From a virus (Duplodnaviria > Caudoviricetes): a stretch of 24,437 bases of DNA. Both the position numbers and the translations under genes were made by a program. The notes beneath the pieces were generated by a model, which worked only from the letters and a program-made list of their open reading frames with translations, was not told the DNA's origin and ran no database searches. Positions 1 through 8,221 of the stretch are shown here, piece after piece (within the stretch, counting starts at the first letter, position 1; each line of letters starts with the position of its first letter). The DNA lies in the IMG/VR virus record IMGVR_UViG_3300005804_000006, positions 1-24,437 of that record. One strand, 5' to 3'.

Positions 1-350
1 ATGGGAACGACTTCGGAAGTGAACGCGGCACCGGGCATGGTGCGGAAAACGCGGTCGTAAAGAAGCGGTTCGTCGTCAACGCCCTTCTGGAAGGAAAGCG
101 TCATACCATCTCCGAACTTGGCGATGGTCTCCCGATCCCACTCCATTTCACCGGCTGCCCGCCTCGCCCAATCCCCATTCGGGATCATGCGGTCAACGGC
201 GGCGCTCAGGCCCTTGGAACCGTTCATCTTGATATCGAAGGACCGCATCTCCCCCGATGGGAACCGATAACCAGCCCTTACGGAATGGTCTCCGCGAGAC
301 TTCAGGATGGATTCTGCGGAAATCTCTTTCGCAATGAGCAAATCACCCAT
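1..350 (-). CDS. major capsid protein, 5' part (runs off window)
   Basis: Not in the ORF track because it is open-ended. ATG at 350 with AAGGAG upstream; open frame MGDLLIAKEISAESILKSRG...SGEMRSF...AAGEMEW...DEPLLYDRVFR. Lies after the protease and decoration genes and shares the GEM motif. Confidence 0.7.
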   Translation of the reverse strand, partial: MGDLLIAKEISAESILKSRGDHSVRAGYRFPSGEMRSFDIKMNGSKGLSAAVDRMIPNGDWARRAAGEMEWDRETIAKFGDGMTLSFQKGVDDEPLLYDRVFRTMPGAAFTSEVVP

Positions 351-364
351 CTGTGTACTCCTTT

Positions 365-763
365 TTACTGAAGGATGAAACGCATCACTGCGTTATCCAA
401 GCCGAGATAGATACCGGCAAGCACCGTCGAAGAAGTTGACGAAGTGAGCTTTCCGGTAGACTTGTTGTAGTAGACCTTCGCACCGGCGGCGGCGGGAACG
501 TTGTCCGCATCGTAGAACGCGGTCGAACGGACCTTGTTCTTGGCGATGTCCACGCGGGCCACGGAATCGGTAATGTCCTCACCGAACACGCTGATGGTCT
601 TGCTACGGGTAAGAACGCCGATCTTTTCCGAACCGACGATGCACACGAGGTCGCCCTGCTCGACGCCAACGACTCCACGTCCGGCCCTGGTAATCTCGGT
701 TTCGACGGCGGCCCAGGGAAGCTCGATCACATCGACATTCTGTTCAACAGTCTGACAATCCAT
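365..763 (-). CDS. head decoration/capsid cement protein (DUF2190-like)
   Basis: 132 aa between protease/scaffold and capsid; AGAKVYYN..TGKLT...LAG pattern typical of this family; AGGAG RBS. Confidence 0.6.
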   Translation of the reverse strand: MDCQTVEQNVDVIELPWAAVETEITRAGRGVVGVEQGDLVCIVGSEKIGVLTRSKTISVFGEDITDSVARVDIAKNKVRSTAFYDADNVPAAAGAKVYYNKSTGKLTSSTSSTVLAGIYLGLDNAVMRFILQ

Positions 764-775
764 GTTGTCTCTCCT

Positions 776-1291
776 TTACATCTCGAAGCTTTCGGCGGAG
801 CCGGAAGCCGCGTGCATTTCCCCAATGGGTTTCTGCGCTGTCGAAACTATTTTTTTCATGGCCTCATCGTTGATGATGCGGTCCATCTCCCCGGAAACCT
901 GTTCGCGGGTCATGCCCTTCTCAACCTTGGCGAATTTCTGAACGAGGTTCGCCATTTCGCCGGTCGCCTTGCCTTCCTTGTCCACAAGGCCCTTTTCGAG
1001 CTTCAGGGCGGATACCATCTCGCCGAAGGCTTTCTCTTCCTTCGCGGCGGATTCGGCAGCAACGGAAGTCTTGGCGATTTCAATCGCCCTCTCGACGCCC
1101 ATTTCCCCGGCAGCGGTCTTGAGTTCGGCCAGCTTCGCGGCGTCGGCCTGGAGCCGTTTCTTTTCCTCGGCGTTTTCGAGCACAAGGCCCATTTCGCCAG
1201 CGGCTTTTTCGGGAGCAACGAACCGCCCTTCGCTCGCACGGGTTTTGATTTCCGCAAGCAATGCGTCGTTCGACACGTCCTTGAGTTCCAT
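776..1291 (-). CDS. nested in-frame scaffolding protein (internal start at Met272)
   Basis: AGGAGG (1302-1297) lies 5 nt before an in-frame ATG at 1291, exactly where the helical region begins. Confidence 0.55.
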   Translation of the reverse strand: MELKDVSNDALLAEIKTRASEGRFVAPEKAAGEMGLVLENAEEKKRLQADAAKLAELKTAAGEMGVERAIEIAKTSVAAESAAKEEKAFGEMVSALKLEKGLVDKEGKATGEMANLVQKFAKVEKGMTREQVSGEMDRIINDEAMKKIVSTAQKPIGEMHAASGSAESFEM

Positions 1292-2104
1292 AACATCCTC
1301 CTGTATGGGTTCATAGGTTTTAACGAGACGCACTTTTACGGCGTCGCCCAATATGATCTTTCCGTCTAATTCGGAATAAGGGATCTTGTAGAATTCGTCT
1401 CCGTGGTTGGCGATTATGTAATCAAGGTACGTCTCTTCGACCCATGACCACGTATTGTCGTCGGGATACTTGTCATGCAACGCGGCTTGAATCAGTCGGC
1501 GTTTTTCCTCGAATGAAACGTCCATTTCTCCGATTGATACACCGTCGTTTTTCTGCCCTTCGGTGAGCGGAGGAACAAAATCAACCGACCGCAGACGATA
1601 GCCGGTTACGTGGGTTTTCCCGCCAACGTTCATGACGAACGGGAAGCCCCAAATCGAGACGGCGTTAATCTGCTTGTTTTTGAGCCAACGCCGGATGTCT
1701 TTTGCACCTTCTCCAGCGTCGGGGATGATCCGGTAGTAGACGAATCCGTTCGCCTTGTCCAACAGGACACCGATAACCGTTCCCATGAGCGGACGGCCTT
1801 CGTAAGCAACCGCATCTTGGGCCTGGTGCCCATAGCAGGATGGAACGAAAACGGGAGAGGTGAGAATTGTTTCAGCTATGTCGTCATAGGCCGAATCGTC
1901 GTAAATCCAGCCGCGATTGTTTTCCCGGTAGTACACGCGGAAAACGCAATCCATTGGATCGGAGCCTTTCAGGGAAGAGATCAGTTCGGGGGTTGCAAGT
2001 GGATTGAGGGGGATGGTTGGGCGGAGGTCGTCGGCTTCTTTGTCTGACAGCATTTCGCCAAGACAAATATCCATTTCGGGAATAAGTGTATTTTTAGAAC
2101 CCAT
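776..2104 (-). CDS. prohead protease-scaffold fusion
   Basis: N-terminal domain with YGHQ, AVSIWG and LRSVDFV resembling HK97/herpes-fold protease motifs; C-terminal Ala/Glu/Lys-rich helical region; sits upstream of the capsid genes. Confidence 0.75.
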   Translation of the reverse strand: MGSKNTLIPEMDICLGEMLSDKEADDLRPTIPLNPLATPELISSLKGSDPMDCVFRVYYRENNRGWIYDDSAYDDIAETILTSPVFVPSCYGHQAQDAVAYEGRPLMGTVIGVLLDKANGFVYYRIIPDAGEGAKDIRRWLKNKQINAVSIWGFPFVMNVGGKTHVTGYRLRSVDFVPPLTEGQKNDGVSIGEMDVSFEEKRRLIQAALHDKYPDDNTWSWVEETYLDYIIANHGDEFYKIPYSELDGKIILGDAVKVRLVKTYEPIQEDVMELKDVSNDALLAEIKTRASEGRFVAPEKAAGEMGLVLENAEEKKRLQADAAKLAELKTAAGEMGVERAIEIAKTSVAAESAAKEEKAFGEMVSALKLEKGLVDKEGKATGEMANLVQKFAKVEKGMTREQVSGEMDRIINDEAMKKIVSTAQKPIGEMHAASGSAESFEM

Positions 2105-2106
2105 AA

Positions 2107-2147
2107 TGCCCCCAAGAGAGTCGTAGTAAATTAGACCTTTGGGGGCA
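2107..2147 (-). promoter_or_regulatory. hairpin sequestering the protease RBS
   Basis: TGCCCCCAA / TTGGGGGCA perfect 9-bp inverted repeat; on the mRNA the G-run arm ends 2 nt before the ATG at 2104. Confidence 0.5.
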
Positions 2148-2174
2148 CGTTGATGCCCGATTACAATTTAACTA

Positions 2175-2203
2175 ATCGTATCACATTATTAAAAATAATG
2201 CAA
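2175..2203 (-). promoter_or_regulatory. putative promoter of the head operon
   Basis: TTGCAT-17 nt-TACGAT; same -10 context (TGATACGAT) as the portal promoter. Confidence 0.6.
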
Positions 2204-2227
2204 CAATCTATCGTTATGATAATGCAT

Positions 2228-2245
2228 ATATGTGATTATTTATTA
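2228..2245. repeat. 18-bp upstream box, copy 1
   Basis: ATATGTGATTATTTATTA, identical to 13553-13570. Confidence 0.75.
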
Positions 2246-2629
2246 TTTTAGTTGTTGAATGGATATATGGTCTATTTTCGATACCCATAATTTACGATTC
2301 ATTCCACGTTTGGGGCATATTATCCAATTACCTGGATTGCCTCTTTGACATATTTTTACATCTTGAAGTTCAATATTTCCACCACCATCTGATCTATACC
2401 TTTGAAATATTCCACGATATACAGCTCCGCTTTTCATAGTTACATATATTTCGGTTCCCTTTGCGGGATAGTCAATTATTGTATCTAAAACAAAATCACT
2501 ATTTTGATTAATATCAGAAATTAGTTGTATGAGTCCTCCGCAATAAGGACATGTAATGTACATAACAGAATCCAAATCTTTTACACAATATGGACATCTC
2601 TCAATCATGATTAGATGCCATTTCGTCAT
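2243..2629 (-). CDS. Zn-ribbon + Sm/LSm-like domain protein
   Basis: CPYC..CPYC followed by IYVTMKSGAVYRGIFQRY...NIELQDV (Sm1-like); visibly AT-rich; alternative start at 2608. Confidence 0.5.
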   Translation of the reverse strand: MTKWHLIMIERCPYCVKDLDSVMYITCPYCGGLIQLISDINQNSDFVLDTIIDYPAKGTEIYVTMKSGAVYRGIFQRYRSDGGGNIELQDVKICQRGNPGNWIICPKRGMNRKLWVSKIDHISIQQLK

Positions 2630-2816
2630 ATAAACATTTCACCGGAATACCAGGAATATACTTTCCGTCTCCGTAATCTCCATGATGCTTACATTTTTCT
2701 CGACAAAACGCACTTCCGAGCATGACAACATCGATAGAAATGCCCTTAACTCCGTGCGGGCATGGGACAAGGCAGCTTCCGTTATTTAAATCATACAGTA
2801 ATAGATACTTGCTCAT
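2601..2816 (-). CDS. small Cys-rich hypothetical protein
   Basis: ATG at 2816 with AAAGGAG RBS; CPHG...GSAFC..KC pattern. Confidence 0.6.
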   Translation of the reverse strand: MSKYLLLYDLNNGSCLVPCPHGVKGISIDVVMLGSAFCREKCKHHGDYGDGKYIPGIPVKCLYDEMASNHD

Positions 2817-3015
2817 ATGATTTCTCCTTTCTGTACACCGTTCGCAACTTGTAAGCATTTTTTACAAGTTGGCTTCTCATGCGTAAAATACCACCTAGGA
2901 CAGTCGATCAATTTCCCGCATATAGTTATTTCGTTTTCAGCTACGACGCGCGTATGGGACCGATAGGCGAGTCATCTTTCATGCTTTTGGTATAATAGAC
3001 TCCGTTTATTTCCAT
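2813..3015 (-). pseudogene. probable frameshifted small Zn-finger gene
   Basis: ATG 3015 gives MEINGVYY...RAS then TAG; an overlapping frame continues ...EITICGK...PTCKKCL...* and ends in an ATGA overlap with the next gene. Confidence 0.35.
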
Positions 3016-3019
3016 GTTT

Positions 3020-3211
3020 TTATTCTATCTCCACGTCTACGCCGTGCATCTTGCAATATATCTTGTAGCATTCAGAGTGAACCTGTATCGCTTGCATTAC
3101 GCCATCTTCTTCAGTTCAGGGAATACCCACCAGAACGACAGGCGCATCCGTGTTCGTTCGACAGATCGGACATTCAAAACCGTCCATGTTCGGATGTTCA
3201 AATTGACGCAT
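3020..3211 (-). pseudogene. small Zn-binding gene with internal TGA
   Basis: AGGAG RBS; MRQFEHPNMDGFECPICRTNTDAPVVLVGIP*TEEDGVMQAIQVHSEC...; in-frame TGA at 3118-3116, and the frame stays open to TAA at 3020. Confidence 0.55.
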
Positions 3212-3707
3212 TGTTTTCTCCTTTTCTGTTCGTTTCTATCCAATAAACAGCGTAGAAAACGCTCCAATATCCCCACTTGACGCCTATTCCAACTCCGCGC
3301 AAGTGTATATTTCCTTTGTCATATTTACCTTTACCAATGGCAAGTGTCGGAAGAAGCAAGAAGTCGTCTTCATCGCGCCTTCCGTCTGATATGAAACCAT
3401 ATTTGTATATCTTCCGCCTTATCTTCGATGATTCGAGTTTTGGCATCTTGCTATACAGCCGAGCTTCGTTCAGAGCCTCAAGTTGTTCAACGTTCAATTT
3501 AGCCGAATGATCGACGACTATTTCAAGATTGCGAAGTCCCTTAACGTGTTCCATTCTTAGCCAAGAAGGAGAAACTATCTTCAGGTCGCTTCTATTGCAT
3601 TTGTTGGCTAAATCCATAGGATAATAAATATGACCGTCACGCCAGACGAATATTGCGTTCTTTGGCGCATTTTTGATCTGTTTTGTGGTTATTCCTGAAC
3701 CGCGCAT
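3198..3707 (-). CDS. hypothetical protein, possibly two fused small genes
   Basis: AAGGAG RBS; N-half RGSGITT...IVVDH (degenerate P-loop-like phage family); unrelated hydrophobic C-half. Confidence 0.6.
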   Translation of the reverse strand: MRGSGITTKQIKNAPKNAIFVWRDGHIYYPMDLANKCNRSDLKIVSPSWLRMEHVKGLRNLEIVVDHSAKLNVEQLEALNEARLYSKMPKLESSKIRRKIYKYGFISDGRRDEDDFLLLPTLAIGKGKYDKGNIHLRGVGIGVKWGYWSVFYAVYWIETNRKGENNASI

Positions 3708-3755
3708 GTTCTTCTCCTTGCCGTCTTTACGTTAAGCCGTAACTATCAATAATCG

Positions 3756-3810
3756 TAACACTATTTCTGTATCCTAACATTACTTATGTTAAGATACCGA
3801 AACACTGTTA
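3756..3810 (-). other. long intergenic hairpin
   Basis: 25-nt arms with a 5-nt loop; 21/25 Watson-Crick pairs, and two of the four mismatches become G-U pairs on the minus-strand RNA. Confidence 0.65.
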
Positions 3811-3863
3811 TTGTCAGGAATATGATACATTTTCATGACAAAACAGTATAGTTGAAACAAACG

Positions 3864-4805
3864 TTAGAAATTCTTATCCGCCAATACTGCATTGCCACAC
3901 GTAATACGGCTTTCGTCTTCTTCTTTCGAAGCAATGAACGTCAGTACGTCAAAACCGGCTTTTTTCAGATTGTATTCGTCTTCCTCGTAGGGATACGATT
4001 CGGTATAGTCTCCGTCAGTTTCTATTCCGTTGTTAAGTGCTGAAGTGGTCTTGTGCATAGGGGTTAGTTTGCATATAAAATCGTCAGGATTGAAAAGAGA
4101 TGAAAGAAAACTAGCATCAATCTCGTATCCAGCTATGGCAAAATTGAGCGTGTATTTTCTTCCTTTTGGCCTTTCCATACGCTTCATCATTTCAGATATA
4201 TGGGCAAGATGAAGCGCGTTTTCTGAAAACATTTCGTTCCGCTCTCTGAAGCTAGTTGAGTTTATCGAAAGTTGTAACCCGGCTTCTCCGCCGTAATAGT
4301 CGTTTTTAATCTGACACCACTTCCATATAAAATGCTCCAAATTCTTGTTTTTCGCTGGCATCATTGTCGATACGACGGGATGAACGTGAAAGTCAGAGAG
4401 GGCGTACTTTATCAGCACGGCAGAGTCGAGAACGGCAGGGTTCCACGTCGGCTCACCCATGCGGGCATAATGTACGTTGAAACGCTCGGTTGACTTGATT
4501 TCACTGTGAAGGTCTCGAACGGTCATAACTTGGCCCATGATGTCGTCGAGTGTGGCGTTTATCCCTGGCCCGCATTTGGGAACATCACAAAATCGGCACC
4601 CGGAAGAACATCCGTATTGCGTTGATATGGTACATACCCACTTTACTGACAACGGCAATAGATTTGTGTGCTCAACCTTTTTATGTTGATTGAGGTTTAC
4701 CGCCTGTCCATAATCGCCAAGAGACAGGCATTCAAGCCTCCCTTTTTCTCCACGTACAATAAAAATATTTCCCGTAGGAACTTCGATGTTTTTAAGAATT
4801 TCCAT
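3864..4805 (-). CDS. RlmN/Cfr-like radical SAM protein
   Basis: CTISTQYGCSSGCRFC (CxxxCxxC preceded by the RlmN-type Cys), RMGEP, LQLSINS and C-terminal TCG (RlmN ACG-like); AAGGAG RBS. Confidence 0.8.
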   Translation of the reverse strand: MEILKNIEVPTGNIFIVRGEKGRLECLSLGDYGQAVNLNQHKKVEHTNLLPLSVKWVCTISTQYGCSSGCRFCDVPKCGPGINATLDDIMGQVMTVRDLHSEIKSTERFNVHYARMGEPTWNPAVLDSAVLIKYALSDFHVHPVVSTMMPAKNKNLEHFIWKWCQIKNDYYGGEAGLQLSINSTSFRERNEMFSENALHLAHISEMMKRMERPKGRKYTLNFAIAGYEIDASFLSSLFNPDDFICKLTPMHKTTSALNNGIETDGDYTESYPYEEDEYNLKKAGFDVLTFIASKEEDESRITCGNAVLADKNF

Positions 4806-4819
4806 TATCTTCTCCTTTC

Positions 4820-6496
4820 TTACGACGCGCTCAGTAACCTAATCGACTTCATCTTATAGTTGCTTCCGAAAAGCTCGTTCGCTTCCACGATTCCAGTCTC
4901 TTCCTTCGCTTCACTCGGAGACTTAACCCACCCATTCAGCCTTCCGGCTTCGATGTTCAGCTTTTTCATAAACTCTTGGTTCAATCTGACGTGAATCGTG
5001 CCTTTCTTGTACGCCCGAACGTCCATAAATAGCGTTCCGTCTGCCATGCGGAATTCGTTCAACAGTCCCGGCTCCCATTGAAGATCCATACTTGTCGTTT
5101 CAACGTCGAATCCGAGGTTTTTCGCTACGGTACAGAGGTCGCCTAGAAGCGTATGAACCTCGACTTGAAGCCCGTTAGGATGATCGTATGAATATCCGCC
5201 GAAGCAGTTTCCGCGCATGAGAACAAGTCGATAATCCAGGGTATAGTGCGTGTGTTCCCTTGCCGCATAGCGCCATTTGTCGGTTAAAACTACCTTGTTC
5301 GACTTGTAGTTTCGGATGTTTTCGGTTTCAGCAAGCTCGAAATATACTTCTAAAAGCTGTTTGTCGAAGTATTTGTTCGCGTTTTTTACGGCCCATATTA
5401 CGACGGCGTAGGCGTTCGCGGAGGTGAAGTCAACCGAAGTATGTTCGGTCAACGTCGCAAGTAGTTTTTCACGGCTTTTTGAGGTCAACCGGTTCGTGAT
5501 CGAGTCTAAGTTTGTGAAAAGCTCTTTCCAGTAAAGGTTTTTCAACCCTTCAATCTTGAACGAAAGCCCGCCTTTCACTTGCTTGAGGTCAACGCCTAGT
5601 TCTTTGAATAGGGACGAATCGAGTTGTTCCAGGGCTTTGTAGGTTGTGAACAGTTTAGCCATATCCGCATGGTACAGTTCTTCAAGGCGTTCGATTATGT
5701 TTTGGCCTTTTACCAGATTGTGCAACTTCTCTTCTTTGGTTTCTTTCTCGACAACTTCTTTTTTATCCTTATCGGCGGAAATAGAAAAGTTTTCCTCGAA
5801 CCAGATATCAAACGGATCGACGGCTAGTTTAACCGCGCGGTATCCGTTGTCTCGAAATTTGATCTTGAGAATATCGACGTTAGCGCGGGCCTTGCGGAAT
5901 TCGGAGTCAAGGAAGGTATCGGAAAGTAGTACTTTGCATTCGCCCTGTTGTTTTCGGTATTCCTCGCGTATCCGCTTCTTTAGCTTGGATTCGCCTTGCA
6001 TGTCCTGGTCATCGTCTTTCAGGTCGCATCGCCGGTTTATCATTTCCACGATCTTTCTGTTTTCTTTCCAGCGCTGCGGAACTACCATATAGACGATCCG
6101 ACAATTCGCCTCAGACACGATTCGGCGCATCCAAGTATCAAATTCAGAGTACGGAGGATTGCAGAATACAACGTCAACTTGCTTGTCGATCAAGGTCTGT
6201 TGGTGAAAGTCTGTTCCGATGATGAAGACATCTTCCGGCAGTGAATCGATAAGGATCTTCGATTTCTCGATAGCGTATTTCTTGCCGTCGTTTCGGGTCA
6301 ATTCGCACATGATATTCAGGGCGCTTCCGTTACCGGCCCCGATGTCGAGAATGGAGAAATTCCGGAGATGATCGGTATACGAGTCGTCGAATTCTTGACA
6401 GATGTCTTTTGCGACGGCTTCAAGCATGCGCTTGCTAGTAAGATAAAATTCATGATCCTGACCGGCTTCCTTCACTTTTTCAAGCAAATCGGTCAT
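4820..6496 (-). CDS. large amino-group DNA methyltransferase (DUF4942-like C-terminus)
   Basis: EFYLT, ILDIGAGNG (SAM binding), FCNPPY (catalytic); C-terminal RAYKKGTIHV; start placed at ATG 6496 after AAGGA. Confidence 0.75.
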   Translation of the reverse strand: MTDLLEKVKEAGQDHEFYLTSKRMLEAVAKDICQEFDDSYTDHLRNFSILDIGAGNGSALNIMCELTRNDGKKYAIEKSKILIDSLPEDVFIIGTDFHQQTLIDKQVDVVFCNPPYSEFDTWMRRIVSEANCRIVYMVVPQRWKENRKIVEMINRRCDLKDDDQDMQGESKLKKRIREEYRKQQGECKVLLSDTFLDSEFRKARANVDILKIKFRDNGYRAVKLAVDPFDIWFEENFSISADKDKKEVVEKETKEEKLHNLVKGQNIIERLEELYHADMAKLFTTYKALEQLDSSLFKELGVDLKQVKGGLSFKIEGLKNLYWKELFTNLDSITNRLTSKSREKLLATLTEHTSVDFTSANAYAVVIWAVKNANKYFDKQLLEVYFELAETENIRNYKSNKVVLTDKWRYAAREHTHYTLDYRLVLMRGNCFGGYSYDHPNGLQVEVHTLLGDLCTVAKNLGFDVETTSMDLQWEPGLLNEFRMADGTLFMDVRAYKKGTIHVRLNQEFMKKLNIEAGRLNGWVKSPSEAKEETGIVEANELFGSNYKMKSIRLLSAS

Positions 6497-6550
6497 CTTT
6501 CGTCCTTTGTTATCAAAAGTCATACACCTACAGTTTTATGACCTATAGTT

Positions 6551-6578
6551 ATTATACATCATTTACGCCTATTGTCAA
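6551..6578 (-). promoter_or_regulatory. sigma70-type promoter for the MTase/radical SAM operon
   Basis: TTGACA-16 nt-TATAAT. Confidence 0.75.
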
Positions 6579-6602
6579 TGATCTATTATTATCATTTTTC
6601 TG

Positions 6603-6631
6603 TTGACAGGTATATAATCATATATTATAAT
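6603..6631 (+). promoter_or_regulatory. consensus sigma70 promoter for the plus-strand island
   Basis: TTGACA-17 nt-TATAAT. Confidence 0.85.
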
Positions 6632-6652
6632 TACCATGAAAGGAGAAATGAA

Positions 6653-6853
6653 ATGAAGTTTGTTTGTTTTGAGATCGAATTTGTCGGTTTCCGTCAGTCA
6701 TGGAAGCGCCTAGCTAGGCTAGGACCTGATTACAAGATTAGGGCCATAAAAGAATTCAGAGATGCGGCTCTTAGGAAGAATAAGCCTATTCCGGATCTTC
6801 GTTTTGCAAAAGATACCGTAGAGGCCTATATGGCTAAGCATAACAAAGCATAG
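6653..6853 (+). CDS. ribosomal protein bL12 C-terminal-domain-like protein
   Basis: AAGGAG RBS; KIRAIKEFR...DLRFAKDTVE resembles the bL12 motif KIxVIKxVR..LGLKEAKDLVE. Confidence 0.55.
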   Translation: MKFVCFEIEFVGFRQSWKRLARLGPDYKIRAIKEFRDAALRKNKPIPDLRFAKDTVEAYMAKHNKA

Positions 6854-7007
6854 TCATAACGGAAAAAGAAAAAATGTCGATGATCAAAGAGATCATGGCA
6901 GACAGGAAGAATTCCTATCCGCGACAGCTTGCCTTGAATCTTTTTCCTGTTCCATATCGTATACAAAGGTGCATAAGTGCCTACAAAAAGTTCCAAAAGG
7001 ACGAAAA

Positions 7008-7181
7008 ATGTCAGCGAACGAACTATCAGATAGTCTTTTAGACTATTTCGACGATCCGTCAAACATATCGCCCGAAGAAGCCAAGGCGCTTCAGGTAATT
7101 CAGCGGAGACTCATGAAAGATATCGACGATGAAGTCAGGGAAGCGTTTCAGTTTTTGAAGGGCGAGAGGAAGGCAGGATGA
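7008..7181 (+). CDS. hypothetical protein
   Basis: ATG 7008 after AAGGA; ATGA overlap with the next ORF. Confidence 0.55.
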   Translation: MSANELSDSLLDYFDDPSNISPEEAKALQVIQRRLMKDIDDEVREAFQFLKGERKAG

Positions 7182-7333
7182 ACAACAGAATGGGTAAGGC
7201 AATATCCGAATATGCAAAAGCAAGAGAAGCCCGAGCGAACATTAAAAGCATAAGAACAAACGAATACAAGCTCGCATGTATAGCGGTAGAAAAAGCCGCA
7301 AGAAGAATATGCAAACTAAAGGAGTCACAATGA
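7178..7333 (+). CDS. small basic hypothetical protein (51 aa)
   Basis: MNNRMGKAISEYAKAREA...; ATGA overlaps at both ends. Confidence 0.5.
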   Translation: MNNRMGKAISEYAKAREARANIKSIRTNEYKLACIAVEKAARRICKLKESQ

Positions 7334-7674
7334 ACAACCTGAATTCAGTACTCATCGAAGGCAACATAGTTGCCGATCCCGAACTGCAAACTACTTCAGA
7401 AGGAAAATCGATATGCATGTTTTCAGTAGCATCAGACCGATTCTCCAAAAAAGGCGAAGAGATCGAAAAAGAAACATCTTTTTTTGACATCGTATCATAC
7501 TCTCGCCTCGCAGAAAGTTGCGCCGACCTAGGAAAGAAAGGACGCGGCGTTCGTGCAGTAGGAAGACTCAAACAAGATCGCTGGACTGACCCATTCAACG
7601 GACAGGCTATGAGCAGGATTGTCATAATCGCCGAACACGTCGAATTCAGGCCGGAATTCAAAGCTAAGTCGTAA
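7330..7674 (+). CDS. ssb: single-stranded DNA-binding protein (spirochaete-like, no acidic tail)
   Basis: MNNLNSVLIEGN..DPE...KGRGVRAVGRLKQDRW...IAEHVEF OB-fold motifs; AAGGAG RBS before ATG 7330. Confidence 0.9.
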   Translation: MNNLNSVLIEGNIVADPELQTTSEGKSICMFSVASDRFSKKGEEIEKETSFFDIVSYSRLAESCADLGKKGRGVRAVGRLKQDRWTDPFNGQAMSRIVIIAEHVEFRPEFKAKS

Positions 7675-8221
7675 ACATAGGCGATTTCATCATTTCCATC
7701 ACGTCTTCTTCCAATTCTTTCAAGCCGGACGCGTTTCTTAACACGTAGTACGGCTTGATTTCTTCTATCGACCGTTCGGATTCATGGGACAAATCTACCG
7801 GATAACCCGGTCGGCGAACCATGACAATCTTTCCGCCGCGCCGTCGTACTTCATCGGCTTCGTGCAAAAAACGAACGTCCGAAATGACGATATTTGCATC
7901 GTCAGGGAATTGAGAAAGCAAAGAACGTGTCCAGAGAAGCCGTCCGGTCGTTTCCTTGAAGCTGTCATGTTTTGACAGTTCATGTTGACCCCACTCGGTC
8001 CCTAATGACTGAAGCACATGGCGCGGAGATATCCCCCATCGTGGATCGATTTTGTCTTTTAGGTCTCCATATAGATGATCTTCGTTCCAGTCGAAGATTA
8101 AGGCACAGACAGACTTCATCCGGTCGGCAAGAGCCTTTTTCTGATATCTGAAGTGTTTACAAATGAAGTCTGCCGTAGAATCCTTTCCGTGCCGCGCGTG
8201 TCCGGTTATTCCGATTATCAT
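7664..8221 (-). CDS. deoxynucleoside monophosphate kinase
   Basis: IIGITGHARHGKDS P-loop, PR..LQ.LGTEWG, ISDVRF, SHESE; T4 gp1-like family. Confidence 0.85.
   Translation of the reverse strand: MIIGITGHARHGKDSTADFICKHFRYQKKALADRMKSVCALIFDWNEDHLYGDLKDKIDPRWGISPRHVLQSLGTEWGQHELSKHDSFKETTGRLLWTRSLLSQFPDDANIVISDVRFLHEADEVRRRGGKIVMVRRPGYPVDLSHESERSIEEIKPYYVLRNASGLKELEEDVMEMMKSPMFTT

Noticed and set aside
812-2047. Plus-strand ORFs opposite the protease (and similar ones opposite portal, terL, ParB and the MTase)
   Set aside because: These are antisense shadows of motif-bearing genes, with no RBS or recognisable motifs.
2231-2246. CRP site in the 18-bp box
   Set aside because: Only the TGTGA half-site is present, with no TCACA at 6-bp spacing.
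3116-3118. In-frame TGA as Gly/Trp/Sec recoding
   Set aside because: TGA is a stop in many ATGA overlaps and long genes lack internal TGA; a single nonsense change is simpler.
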